Assembly: GCF_006345805.1 (NCBI RefSeq)
Contig: NC_043011.1
Span: 40,126,464-40,190,463, forward strand
DNA length: 64,000 bases
From: Octopus sinensis
Taxonomy: Eukaryota
Direction: 5' to 3'
Both the position numbers and the translations under genes were made by a program. Shown here in pieces: positions 52,310 to 64,000 of this stretch (within the stretch, counting starts at the first letter, position 1; each line of letters opens with the position of its first letter). Below the pieces are notes generated by a model, which saw only the letters and a list, made by a program, of their open reading frames with translations, was not told the DNA's origin and did no database searches.

Positions 52310-54640
52310 GAGGGTTCAAATTGTAGAGTGCTGTTATGTGAATGACCTTGCCATTTGCAACACTAATTTCAAGAAACTGGCCTCGAAATTTTTTTCCACA
52401 CAAGAATTCCAGACTCCAGTAATGAACTCATTTGCATACTGTCAATCAGAGCTCACCTTGACTTTGTTGTCAAGTTAACAAGCACACTCTACCAAGTAAA
52501 CTCAAAACGAAGAACAGTGTTGAAAGTCGACGGATTGCCAAGTTATGCCTGATTTTAGAAGGAGACAAGTAATTAGATAGATTTTCATCAATAACTATTA
52601 TCGGATTTTGTTAGGGCCCCATATGGTAAAGATGCGGATGGGAAAAATGTGGGTAAAAGGTGATGAGCTAGCAACCCTCTCTCCTTACTGTTTTAGAAAG
52701 TAAACGACAACACAAATAACTACGCAGAGGCAGCCATGGTTGGAACAAATTCAAGAAGTATTATTAAAAGAGAAAAGAAGCATGGTCATTTATTACCCAA
52801 GTGACCTTATCTGATCGCCAATCACTTGTTATGTGCTCATAAATTAGTTTGATAGTTGAGCTCTGATTGGCTGTATGCAAATGAGTTCATAACTGGAAAT
52901 CTTGCAAACCGGCCAGTTGGCTGATCATCGACCAGTTAAGTGAACACAGAAGACAGATAGATTTTGTATTCACTAGAAGGATAGACAGTTGGCAGTTCCG
53001 AGGAATGGGATTAGTATTCACAACCAAGAATATAGGTGCTGGCTTGACTGGACAGATAAGAAGTTTGGTTTCCAGTTAAGTCCCAAGTGTATTCTACCCA
53101 AGCTGACCAAAGCCCTGTAAGTGAAATTGGCAGATGGAAACTGAAAGAAGCTTGTTGTATACACACAGTGATATATGTGTGTGTATATAAAAATGTGTGT
53201 GTTTGTTATGAAAGTATGTTTGTACTTCTTTGTCATGACATTAACAAATAGTTGTAAATGAGTGTCACTATCATACAAGCAGTGCCATTCATTTCTAGTA
53301 TCCTGTGAAAATATGTCTAGACATGAGGAAATATTATAAATTTACTTGGAAAAAGATGAGGGTTGGTGACAGGAAGGGGATCTGGATGAAGAAAATCTGC
53401 CTTTATAGACTCTGTCCTACTCATGCAAGCATAGAAAAGAGGACATTAAAATGATAATGAGGGCGAGAGTCTTGAGTTATTTCAGATTGCTGGGCAATAT
53501 TCTGTTGGATGGACCAATGCCTTATGAGTGAAATTTGATGGAAACTGTACAGAAGCTTGTAATGTATGTGTGTGCATGTGTGTATCCACATTGATACTGC
53601 TTAGACAGTGACATTGTTCATATGTCCCACAAACAGACTGTCTGGCAGTGGTTTGACAAATGAGGGCACGGAACAAAATTCTTTATTTAGAAGGGCATCT
53701 GGCCATAGAATGCTACCTCAGTATGTCCTGACATTGGGGAGACATTTATATTGCATTATAATAGTACTTTTCCTCTTACAGACATTGAAAATAAAGGCCG
53801 GGGGAAAAGGCACTGAAATGTTCTAACAAGCAGTTGTTGAAGAAGGAGAATGCATAGGAAAAAGAAAAAAAAACTCCAACAGAGGGACCAACTATTCAAG
53901 TTGATAGCAGTATGGAAGATAGAGCAATTAAGGACAGGAAGGCACCTGGTCCATCAGGAATTACTGCCAAGATGCTAAAAATATCAGGTGACGTAGAACA
54001 TGGACAAATCACCAACATAGTGAAGCAGGTAGTACAAATGGTGGTGGTGGTGGGGGGGAGGTCATACCCAATGACTGGTGTACATCATTATTGGTACTGC
54101 TACAAGAATAAAGAAGATAGGTTAGAGAGTAACAAATGTGAAGTGAAATCGTAGGAAAGCTAACAGAGTTGGTAGATGGTAGACTTCTCATGTGACAGGT
54201 GCAGAGGCACCAGCAGTACTGAGAATGTATGAGAAAACAGACTCCATCTAATACTCAGACAACTCCCCAGACGTATTTGAGAGCTTCTGTTACCTGGGGG
54301 ACCTAATTAGCAGGAGGGGTAAATGTTCTGAAAACATAGCAATAAGAAACTGGTTGCAAAATGTTCAGGGAGTTATTACCACTGGACTTTTCCCCATCAG
54401 TGTGAAGAATAGATTGTAGGATGCTTGTGTATGAAGCGTAAGGTCATATGATATTTGTGATGGAGGATAGCTGTATAAAGTAATACTGTGGGTTCAAAGT
54501 GAATGGAATCTGTAGAACTGAAAGAGATTGAGGAAGATCTGGGATGAAGGAGTGAAGACAGATTTGAAGATATTACATCTCAAGGAGGAGATAAGAAAGG
54601 GCTGTGTAGATTGGTGACAAGTTGTGCAAGAGAAGACTCA
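52310..54640 (+). mobile_element. Fragmented RTE LINE (APE endonuclease and RT pieces) with nested insertions
   Basis: NDLAICNTNFKK | KPASWLI...QIDFVFTRR (endonuclease); KAPGPSGITAKMLK (53940); FCYLGDLI (about 54285); interrupted at 52383-52905 and about 53030-53780. Confidence 0.82.
52383..52905. mobile_element. Unclassified non-autonomous DNA element with ~40-50 bp inverted repeats and a ~9-bp target duplication
   Basis: ccagtaatgaactcatttgcatactgtcaatcagagctca (52416-52455) vs tgagctctgattggctgtatgcaaatgagttcataactgg (52857-52896); flanks aaactggcc / aaaccggcc. Confidence 0.75.
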
Positions 54641-54746
54641 TCTGCAAGTCCAGGCTTGGTGTAATGAAATGTTAACATTGTGTATATGCAAATGCATGCC
54701 TCTATATCTACAAACATACACACACACAAATATATGTATATATATG

Positions 54747-55821
54747 TTTAAGTTGGTGAATGATGCCATAATCCTTGCCTTCAGTTCATCTTTGGTGTTA
54801 CCAGAAGCTCTGTTGGTCTCTCGCTCAACTGTGCCCAACACATAATAATCAAGGGGGTTGCAGTCTGGAGAGTTAAGTGGCCAGATGTTAGGGGTGATGT
54901 GGTTGCAGAAATTGTCTGACAAACATGACTGGGTTCTCCTGCTTGTGTGGTATGGTGCAGAATCCTGTTGCCAGACATAGGGTCTTCCAGCAGCCACCCT
55001 CTTCACCCAGGGCAGCACTACCTCCTCCAGGCACTTGATGTAGGCTTCTGTGCTGAGTCTGAGAGCATGTGGGAAGATGAATAGAAATATAATGTTGCCA
55101 TTGCTAGTGATCACTCCAAACACCATAATGTTGACTGCATGTTTTGATTTTTATCACTCTCTGTACATGTTTTGGGGACACAGAAAACCAATGGTTGTTC
55201 CGTGTGTTCACCATCTGATCATGGCAGAAATTTTTCTCATCAGAGAAAAATCAAAGCATGTTCGGTTGGAGGGGATGTTGGAGTTTGTTCAAAAGCTTTG
55301 TAGCAGTCTTTCCTCTTGTCCTTGATGGCTTCAGATAAAAATTGGCCCCTTCTGATCTTGTATGAGGAATACTGAATGTCATCATGCACTACCTGCCTAA
55401 GAAACACACACTTTCATGTCCCTGATGATGGATCTGATTGACTTAGAGGGATCGTTGTCAATCATGGCCTGGATCTCACCAACAAATTCAGGAGATTTTT
55501 CTTATAAGAACGATTAGAGTGAGTTTTCTGAGCTGTCATACCTTCGTAATCATCATTAGACTCATCCAACTCTTTCTGAATACTCTGCACTGCTCTCAGA
55601 TTGACACTCAAACACTCTGAAATGTTCATACTGGAGCTTCCAGCATGAATGCCAAGCAGTACAGCATGTTGTTTCCAAATATCTGGCAGAGTGAATTGCA
55701 TCACATTGCTGTTTTTCTCACAGACAGTGCCCAACTGACTCTACTACACTGTGTAGTCGACAAAATCAAAAACAAACAATGCACAAAATTAAAATGGTGA
55801 CAATTTACCCATCACACCCTG
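54747..55821 (-). pseudogene. maT-family (DD37D) transposase pseudogene with 5' TIR
   Basis: FSDEKNF (about 55240) and WQQDSAP...WPLNSPDCNPLDY with exactly 37 residues between the second and third D; TA|cagggtgtgatgggtaaattg terminus. Confidence 0.92.
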
Positions 55822-55871
55822 TATGTATGTGTGTGTGTATATATATATATATACACACACCAAATAAGTAA

Positions 55872-56509
55872 CAGCTGCATTTAATCAAACAATGCAATGC
55901 AAGCATTACAACAATTTAAAATACGGCGCCACCTTCAGTTGCAAAAATATGGATTTTCAACAGACAAGATATACTAATATAATTTTTCGCAAACATTTTA
56001 TCAGAGCTAGAGAACAAAATAATTCCATGCTGCTACTATTGTGATAGAAATAAACTAAAAGAAAAGCAATTACAAATTTGGAGCGGCAGGAATAGTTCAC
56101 AGTGGGGGTCATGGAATTGTAGTTCATTTCTAATTTTTTTTATCTATCTCCTTATCACCATCAAAAGATCTAATGCATCTAGCAGATTGCATTTATTGAG
56201 AATTAAGAAGACTAGGAGTTGACAGTTCAGAACTAGCTGCTGGTCATAAATAAATATTATTAGATGTTCTCTTGAATCTTAATTTCTTATGGCTATAAGT
56301 TCCCTTTATCACACAAAGAAACAAATCTTAGAAGGAGTCAATTAGATAATAGTAAATGCCCAGAAAAAGAGGTAGAGTAAGGGTGACATAAACTTTTTCC
56401 ATTATTTTCAGTTAAAGGGACCTACACTATGAAAATCCATATATTTGCAACTGAAGATGGTCCTGCACTTTAAATTGTAATGCTTGCATTTTTCAATTAA
56501 ATGGAGCTG
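55872..56509. repeat. Imperfect ~85-bp inverted repeat around a ~470-bp unique spacer
   Basis: 55872-55959 ...ccaccttcagttgcaaaaatatggattttca vs 56430-56509 tgaaaatccatatatttgcaactgaagatgg...taaatggagctg. Confidence 0.88.
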
Positions 56510-59373
56510 CCTGAAACAGTCATATTGCATTAATACCTTGACATCCTGTTCCTTATTTGATTTTCTTCGAGCTGTGCAGATAATACCGGATTGACTTGGT
56601 GACTCAACTTAATCTTAGATATACACACACATACACACACACAATAGCAAGAGTTCCAGTTGATCTGATCAACAGAATAGCTTGGACATGAAATTAATGT
56701 GGAAGTGGATGAGCACACTACAGACACGAGTACCTTTCATGTAGCTCTCTGGGAGATTCAGCGTGACACAGAATGTGACAAGGCTGGCCTTTTGAAATAC
56801 AGGCGCTACTCATTTTTGCCAGCTGAGTGGACTGGGGCAATGTGAAATAAAGTGTCATGCTCAAGAACATACTGCACCACTGGGTATCGAACTCACAACT
56901 TCACCATCGTGAGCTGAATACCTTAACCAGTAAGCCACATGCCTTCACAATTCAGTCAACACCTGCATCAAAGTCAAGCCCTCTTTCACCTGTTTACAAT
57001 ATGTTCATCACTTTGCTGGCCCATAATTGATTTCATTACTTTCACCTGCAATTCAAAATGTAAAGAAATTGAAGAGATCTTTCCAGGCCAAACATACATC
57101 GACAGGATACAAGACTAATGGCTAAGAAGCTCATGCAACATATGCTCAAGACTACTCTTCTCACAAAGAGGAAGGTGTAATTCACCATCATCATCATCAT
57201 TTAACATCCGCTTCCCATGCTGGCATGGGTCAGATGGTTTGACTGAAACTGGTAAGCTGGAGAGCTGCACAAAGTTCCAATCTGATTTGGCATGGTTTCT
57301 ATGGCTGGATGCCCTTCTTAATGCCAACCACTCCAAGAGTGTAATGGGTGCTTTTTACATGCCATGGGCATGGGTGCCAATTATGTGACATCAGCATAGG
57401 CCACAGCTACAATTTCACTTGTCTTGATGGGTCTTGGTCACTGTGATGCCCAACATTTGAAGGGTGCCTTTTAGGTGTCACCAGCACAGGTGCCAAGAAT
57501 TCCACTAATACCGATAGCATTGCCATTTTCATTTGGCAGACTTCAGTTTCCTTGCACCAATGCTTTGGTTTAACACTGAAGAACCCTTTTTTTTTCACTC
57601 ATTGTCAGTTTTATGTAGAATAGTCCAGAGTTGTTAGCCTCTGTAATCACATTATTTACGCTTCTCTTGTATTTTACCTTTCACATGTTTCCGTTATTAA
57701 ACTCCAGCCATGCTGAAGCACAGCCTTGAAGAATTTTAGTTGAACAAATCGACTGCAGTACTTTTTTTTTAAAGCTTGTATATATTCTATAGGTCTCTTT
57801 TACCAAACTGCTAAGTTAGGAGGATGTAAACATACCAACACCAGTTGCCAAGCAGTAGTGGGGACAAATAGAGACACACACACACACATGACAGGTTCCT
57901 TTCAGTTTCCTCCACCAAATCCACTCAAGGCTTTGGTCAGCCTGAGGCTACAGAACAAGACACTTGTTCATGTTGCCACACCATGGGACTGAACCTGGAA
58001 CCATGTAGTTGGGAAGCAAGCTTCTAATCACACAACTACTCCTGCCCCTGGTACAAATCAAAAATACTGAGCATCCTGAGGTGCTGACATAACAGTGTTC
58101 AGAATTTCAAAGGCTATGAACTGTCATTAATAATAGTAATGATGTTTTCGTCTTTAGATCTAAGGCTACAAATTTTGGGAATGGAACAGTTAGTCATATT
58201 GGCTGCAGTACTGGAATAATACTTTATTTTATTGATCCACAGGCATGGCTGTGAAGTTAAGAAGCTTGCTTCCTAATCATTTATTCTAGCTTCAGTCCCA
58301 CTCTATGTCTTCTACTATAGCAATAGGCCAACCAAAACCTTGTGTATAGATTTGGTAGATGGAAACAAGAAAGAAGCCTGTTGTGTATATATATGTAGAC
58401 ATACATGATCAAATTGGAGCCTGGTGCAGCCACCTGGTTCGCCAATCCTCAGTCAAATCATCTAACCCATGCCTGTGTGTGTGAATGTATGAGTTGATGT
58501 TTCCATGTCTTGACATTATGTGATTGTTGTAAAGAAGTGTCATTATCATACAAGCGGTGCCAAAGTGTCCCCAGCCATAGGGGAAAATGACTTTACTTTT
58601 AGACAGGTGAGGGTTGGTGACAGCAAAGGCATCTGTCTCAACTAATTCCATCTGACTCATATGAACAAGGAAAAGTGGATATTGAAATGAAGTTGATGAA
58701 AAGATGAAAAGAAAAGTTAACCAGCACTAAAATTTGAACCCAGAATGTAAATATCAGGAACATATACTGTAAGATGTCTTCTCCAATGGTCTGATGATTC
58801 TGTCAAACCAATAGTAATAGTAATCACAAGGATTTCAAATTTTGGTACAAGACCAGCAGTTTCAGGGATGAAAGGCAAAGTCGACCAAGGTGACATTTGA
58901 ACTCAGAATGTAGACGGACAAAATGCTGCTAAACATTTTATCTGGCATGCTAATGAGTCTACCAGGTCACTGCCAATAATAATAATAATAATGATGATAA
59001 TATCTTGCATCATCATAAGTTTTGTGATAATTGAAGAAATTATAATAACAATAATAATATTATTATTATTTCTACTCTGGACACAAGGCCATGAAAATTT
59101 TGGGGGAAGGGGGCTAATTGATTACATCAACCCCAGTGTTTCAAATTTAGGCATAAATCCTGCAGTTTTAGAGTTGGGGGCAAGTCGGTTACATCAACCC
59201 TAGTATTCAACTGCTATTTATTTTATTGACTCCAAAAGGATGAAAGGCAATGTTGGCTTTGGCGACATTTAAACTCAGGATGTAAAGACAGACAAATTGA
59301 AGAGATCTTTCTGTCAAGCATTTTTTTCATGATGGTAACAGTTCTGCCAGGTCACTGCCAATAATAATATCTA

Positions 59374-59604
59374 TTTCATTATTACCCACAAGGGGCTAAA
59401 CATAGTGGGGACAAACAAGGACAGACATAGGTATTAAGTCGATTACATCGACCCCAGTGCGTAACTGGTACTTAATTTATCGACCCCGAAAGGATGAAAG
59501 GCAAAGTCGACCTCGGCGGAATTTGAACTCAGAACGTAACGGCAGACGAAATACGGCTACGCATTTCGCCCGGCGTGCTAACGTTTCTGCCAGCTCGCCG
59601 CCTT
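59374..59604 (-). mobile_element. SINE family B, very young copy with 12-bp TSD
   Basis: CpGs intact; taataatatcta at 59362-59373 and 59604-59615. Confidence 0.93.
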
Positions 59605-61118
59605 AATAATATCTAACATCATCATACGTTTTGTGACAACTGAAGGAAATTATAATAGATTTGTTCAGGAGCAGAGAAAGTCTCTTTTTAGATGGAGTTT
59701 GAAATATCCACACACATCTTTCATATGATATCCTCTTTTCACCTTTACCTTTTTCCAGCAACACCTAACAAAGGCCCAATCTCTTACATTTCACTGAAGA
59801 GTTCATGAAGTATCTATTGTGGTGGGTGGGGCAAGGTCTGTAGCCCACTCCCGCTGGTTGAAAATAAGGATGAGAGAATAAGTGGCTTTATGGCCAATAA
59901 CAGATGTTCTTATCTTTCAGGCTTATTTACATTACAGCTTGTCATAAACTGCAATAAAAACATTCATTTAATTTTCACAAAGGCCTCACCTGACAACCAG
60001 ATGCATGTGAAGCAAGATAACGAAATGATCCAAGTTCACTGGATTAATACAAAGAGAAGAGTTTTGTTTTTCTCTCTCCATATTAATAGGTTTAGCAGAC
60101 ATCAGTGCCATCAAAAGACTTTAACAAGCCAAGGATTTTCAGAGACTGTTCATAAACTTTAACCTTAGCTTTCCTGACAAGATCCTATTTGCTAAATCTT
60201 ATGACATTCCTGTATGTGGTGCTTATGTTACCATAATTTCTGTAGGGCCTTCTTGACTGGTGAAATAAATGCAATTTAGACATCTGTGATAGGGAAGAAA
60301 ACCCAAAGATGGGAAAGTCTCAAGAGAATCAATCAGATGTAGGTAAGAATAATTGGCATGGCTTTTGGTATGGAATTTGGGGAAAAAGGCACAATAGGAA
60401 GGAGCTCAGCAACCTTTGGGAGGATGGGCACAGAACCAGCTGGTAGCTACAGAAAAGACACAAGAAAAAGGGTTCCTGTATGTTGGCAAGTGAATCAATG
60501 CCAATCAGTCAAATGACTTTTATTTTTGGCTATGAACTAGGCTATTTCTGAGCATAGAAGCAGTGCAAACCAGATATGTGAGTAGTATACAAATGTAGGT
60601 CTTACATGAACTTTGCAGAGGGGAAGAGGTGAAGGAGTGTGACTTATTGGTTAGGGTATTCAATTCATGTTTGTTAGGTCATGTGTTCGATTCCTGGTGG
60701 CACACTGTGTCCTTGAGCAAGACACTTTATTTCACGTTGCTCTAGTCCACTCAGTCCAATGAGTTGTACAGGTAATTTTCTGTCAAGCTGAATCTGCCCG
60801 AGAACTACATTATGTCGTAGGAGTCCTCAAGTAAATTTCATGAGCAGGCTGTTCCCTTGATTATATCAATTGGAACTCTCATCATTCTAATAGATGGAGT
60901 GTTAGTTTGTAGAGGGGACGGCAATAAATCAATAGTATTTTTTAGCCAAAAAAAAAAAAAAAAAAGGAATTCCTAGTTTAGGGGTACAATTTTGGTGACA
61001 CTCTATTTGAGGCTGTAGTAAAAGTATTGTTAGAGATTGTGACCCTTTCATAGCAAAGTTTACAACTTATGCTTGTTGTACATAACTGGTACAAGCTGTA
61101 TTGTAATGATTATTTCTG

Positions 61119-61545
61119 TCATCATCATCGTTTAACGTCCGTTTTCCATGCTAGCATGTGTTGGATGGTTCGACTGGGGTCTGGGAAGCCAGGAGGCTGC
61201 ACCAGGCTCCAGTCTGATCTGGCAGTGTTTCTACAGCTGGATGCCCTTCCTAACGCCAGCCACTCCGTGAGTGTAGTGGGTGCTTTTTACGTGCCAGGGG
61301 AGGCTGGCAATGGCCATGATTGGATGGTGGTTTTTACGTGCCACCGACAAGGAAGCGCTGGCATCGGCCACGTACATATGGTGCTTTTTAGGTGCCAGGG
61401 TAGGCTGGCAATGGCCACGAACAGTTGGTACTTTTTATGTGCCACCGGCACGTAACCCAGTCAAGGCGGCGCTGGCATCGACCACGTACGGATGGTGCTT
61501 TTTAGGTGCCACCAGCACAGGTGCCAGGGTAGGCTGGCAAGTGTT
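61119..61545 (-). mobile_element. Family C element, young, with tandem internal modules
   Basis: catcatcgtttaacgtccgttttccatgctagcatg...ggatgcccttcctaacgcc plus repeated ggtgctttttacgtgcca. Confidence 0.88.
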
Positions 61546-62316
61546 AAAAGAAGCCAGATTTGCATGACACCAGGTTCTCAAGGTCTGTCATGTAAAAAGC
61601 ATTGGTGAGAGTGCCATGAGAAAAGCAATGGTGCTGATGCTACTTACAAAGCAACAGTGATGGTGACATGCAAAAAGCACTCAATACATTCTGTAAAGTG
61701 GTTGGGGTTAGGATATGCCCCCATTTGCAGAAATCAAGCCAAAACAGACACTGGAACCTGGCCTTGTCAGCTCCTGTCCAACTCATGCCAGTGTGGAAAG
61801 TGGATGTTAAATGATGATGAAAGTGGTTTAGGAATTCAATAAGGTAGCATATGGATGACAATGACAACTCTGTGTGGAGAGAGAAGGCAGAATAAAGAGT
61901 GGAATCATTAGTGTACAAGTGTGTAGTGCTATAAGAAGTGACGAACAGCAAGCTGACCATTAATATATAGGAGGAGTGTAGAGGACACAGCTAAACCTTT
62001 AGGTACCCCGATACAATGGTGTGAACTCTAGCAAGAACACAGCAGAAACTGCATTGGCATGATCTGACAGGAAGGTGCTAATCATTATGACAAGAGATGG
62101 ATGACACTCATAAGTAGAAAAAGAGATAGTTCCCATGGCAGACATAGAGGATATGACTGAAGAATTTGTTGAAAACAAGTACAGTAACACTGCTTTCACT
62201 GAAATTCTCAAGTGTGAAGGAACATTGGTGAATGACAGAGGAGGAGGACTGCAATAAATCTGGCCCTTTGGAGGCTGTACAGGTGGTCACTAAGGAGGAT
62301 CAAAACTTCAAAGTGA

Positions 62317-62670
62317 TTATTACCTCCACCTTAGCAAAGACGGAGGTATTGTTTACAGTCACATCTGTTTGTTTGTCCGTGGACAAGATATCTCAAGACC
62401 CGCTGGATGGATTCGGATGAAATTTTCAGGGATGTTTGGCCCTGTGACTGGCACGAACTGATTAGATTTTGGAATCAATCGGGTACCAGACAAGGATTCT
62501 AGATTATTTTTCCAATTTTTTTTTACTAAAATTTTCGAGTGGTTGGGTTCATTTTTCGTATTCTCGTTTGTGAGAGCAGTCAAGTTTATTTCAAAATCAC
62601 CTCTGGCTAATCATTGAGAGGATATTGGTGTTGCCTTGGCAGAGGTTTGCACTTTCTGAGTGCTCTTGTT
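62317..62670 (+). mobile_element. Helentron-associated non-autonomous element (HINE/DINE-like)
   Basis: 5' subterminal ttattacctccacc, tgtttgtttgtcc microsatellite, 3' ttggcagaggt, then hairpin gcact-ttctg-agtgc and ttgtt end. Confidence 0.75.
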
Positions 62671-64000
62671 AATAACGTTTCCATCAAGATGGAGATGTTA
62701 GAGATGTGAGTGAAAGGTTAGTGATTGATAAATGTAGAAGGCCACCCTTTAGAGTGTTACCATAGATCTGAGTAATTTCCTGTAGAAAAAGAAAAAGTGG
62801 CAATGGGAGTGTATTGTTTATGGGTATTGAAAGGGACATTATCAAGGCCTTGTTGGGTTGGAGTGGTAACTGGAATATTTATTAGCGAAGGTATTATACT
62901 GCAGAATCAAATTTTGGGGGAAATATGACTTAGTGTATGAGAACATGGAGTTAGAAGAGGAACAGCATCCAGGAGGATTTCTCAGAGTTGTTGCCAAGAG
63001 AACCGTCCTTTTTGATGATTGATATATAAAGTGGTTCTGTAAGGTTTACAGAAGTACATTGATAAACAGAAGAGCATGTTGCAATGTAAATTCTTTGTTC
63101 ATAAATAAGTATATTCATTGAATGATTATAAATATTTATCCGTAGGTTAGACAGAACTAGAGCATAGAGCGGTGATACAGTCTAAATGGCTTGCAGTGAT
63201 AAATGAGAATCCAAGTTCAAATTTCGCCAAAAGTAGATTATATATATATATAAACTATATAATTAAACATAAATGAGAAAAATATTATTAGATTGCTCAA
63301 CCCTTTGGGAAATAACACTCGCCTTAAAAAGGGAAGGACATAATGAATAATATAGTCCCAGACAAACAAAATCTAGAATCATTGACTGATCACAGTATGA
63401 ACACCTTCGATCATCATAAGTCTGTCTGCTTGATCAGGGCTGACTTCGATTAAACATCAACTACCATAGTGCAAAATAGAATGCCTGAAATTAAAACGAA
63501 ATGGCTATGGTTGATCATAAGGCTGCCCATTCAGAGTCCACCGGGGTCCCAATGATAACGGTGACAAATCTGTGTTTTGGTTTTCTTTTACTTTTAACCA
63601 TGTGGTAAGTCAATTAGTATATAATTATTGATGTCATAATAACACCAGAAGTATAGTCAGCTGGAAACAAAGATTATAGTTGAAATTAGTGGAGTAAACT
63701 GCACAATAATTCTTCTTACAATAGGCACAAGACCTGAAGTTTCATGGGAGAATGCTAGTCGATTATATCGACCCAGTGCTCAACTGGTACTTATTTTACC
63801 GAGCCCGAAAGGATGAAGGACAGACTAGGCCGCGGCGGGATTTGAACTATGAACGTAAAACCGGAAGAATAACAATGAAAGCTAACCCCTTGTTTTTACT
63901 TATAGAACAAGGGACAGTTTAAATTTAAGAACATTTAAATCTATCTAAAACGGTTCGATTACAATACAGTTTTATACATAACACATATACATATATATAT

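Larger units (their letters stand above)
59660..63070 (-). mobile_element. Scattered, heavily decayed CR1-like LINE fragments with nested SINEs and a Helentron-like element
   Basis: - strand THLYTNDSTL (about 61900-61930) resembles a degenerate YADD region; surrounding sequence is unique-looking and stop-ridden. Confidence 0.4.

Overview
This is eukaryotic, AT-rich genomic DNA saturated with microsatellites and repeats. The SINE families, (CA/TA/GA/ATG)n density and mariner/RTE relics look like an Octopus (coleoid cephalopod) intron or intergenic region; that is pattern recognition, not a database match. I see no intact or recognisable host protein-coding gene, no rRNA or true tRNA gene and no CRISPR array. 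Nearly all listed ORFs are microsatellite or SINE artefacts. What the sequence does support: (i) dozens of tRNA-derived SINE copies from at least four modular families; (ii) decayed DNA transposases (mariner DD34D; two maT-like lineages, one with a countable DD37D triad); (iii) RTE- and CR1/L2-type LINE fragments; (iv) non-autonomous piggyBac-like, hAT/Charlie-like and Helentron-like elements, often nested with visible target-site duplications; (v) a ~1.6 kb TA/TACA tract and a ~0.9 kb higher-order minisatellite. The signals most worth following up are degenerate Penelope-type hammerhead-ribozyme motifs (7441-7722), an octamer/CCAAT-bearing inverted-repeat element splitting an RTE endonuclease (52383-52905), two unexplained inverted repeats (24243-24334; 55872-56509), a SINE fold-back (36630-36980), head/tail-swapping SINE architecture, and three weak candidate exons. 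I cannot demonstrate a new biological system from this sequence alone. Coordinates were counted by eye and repeat edges are approximate.
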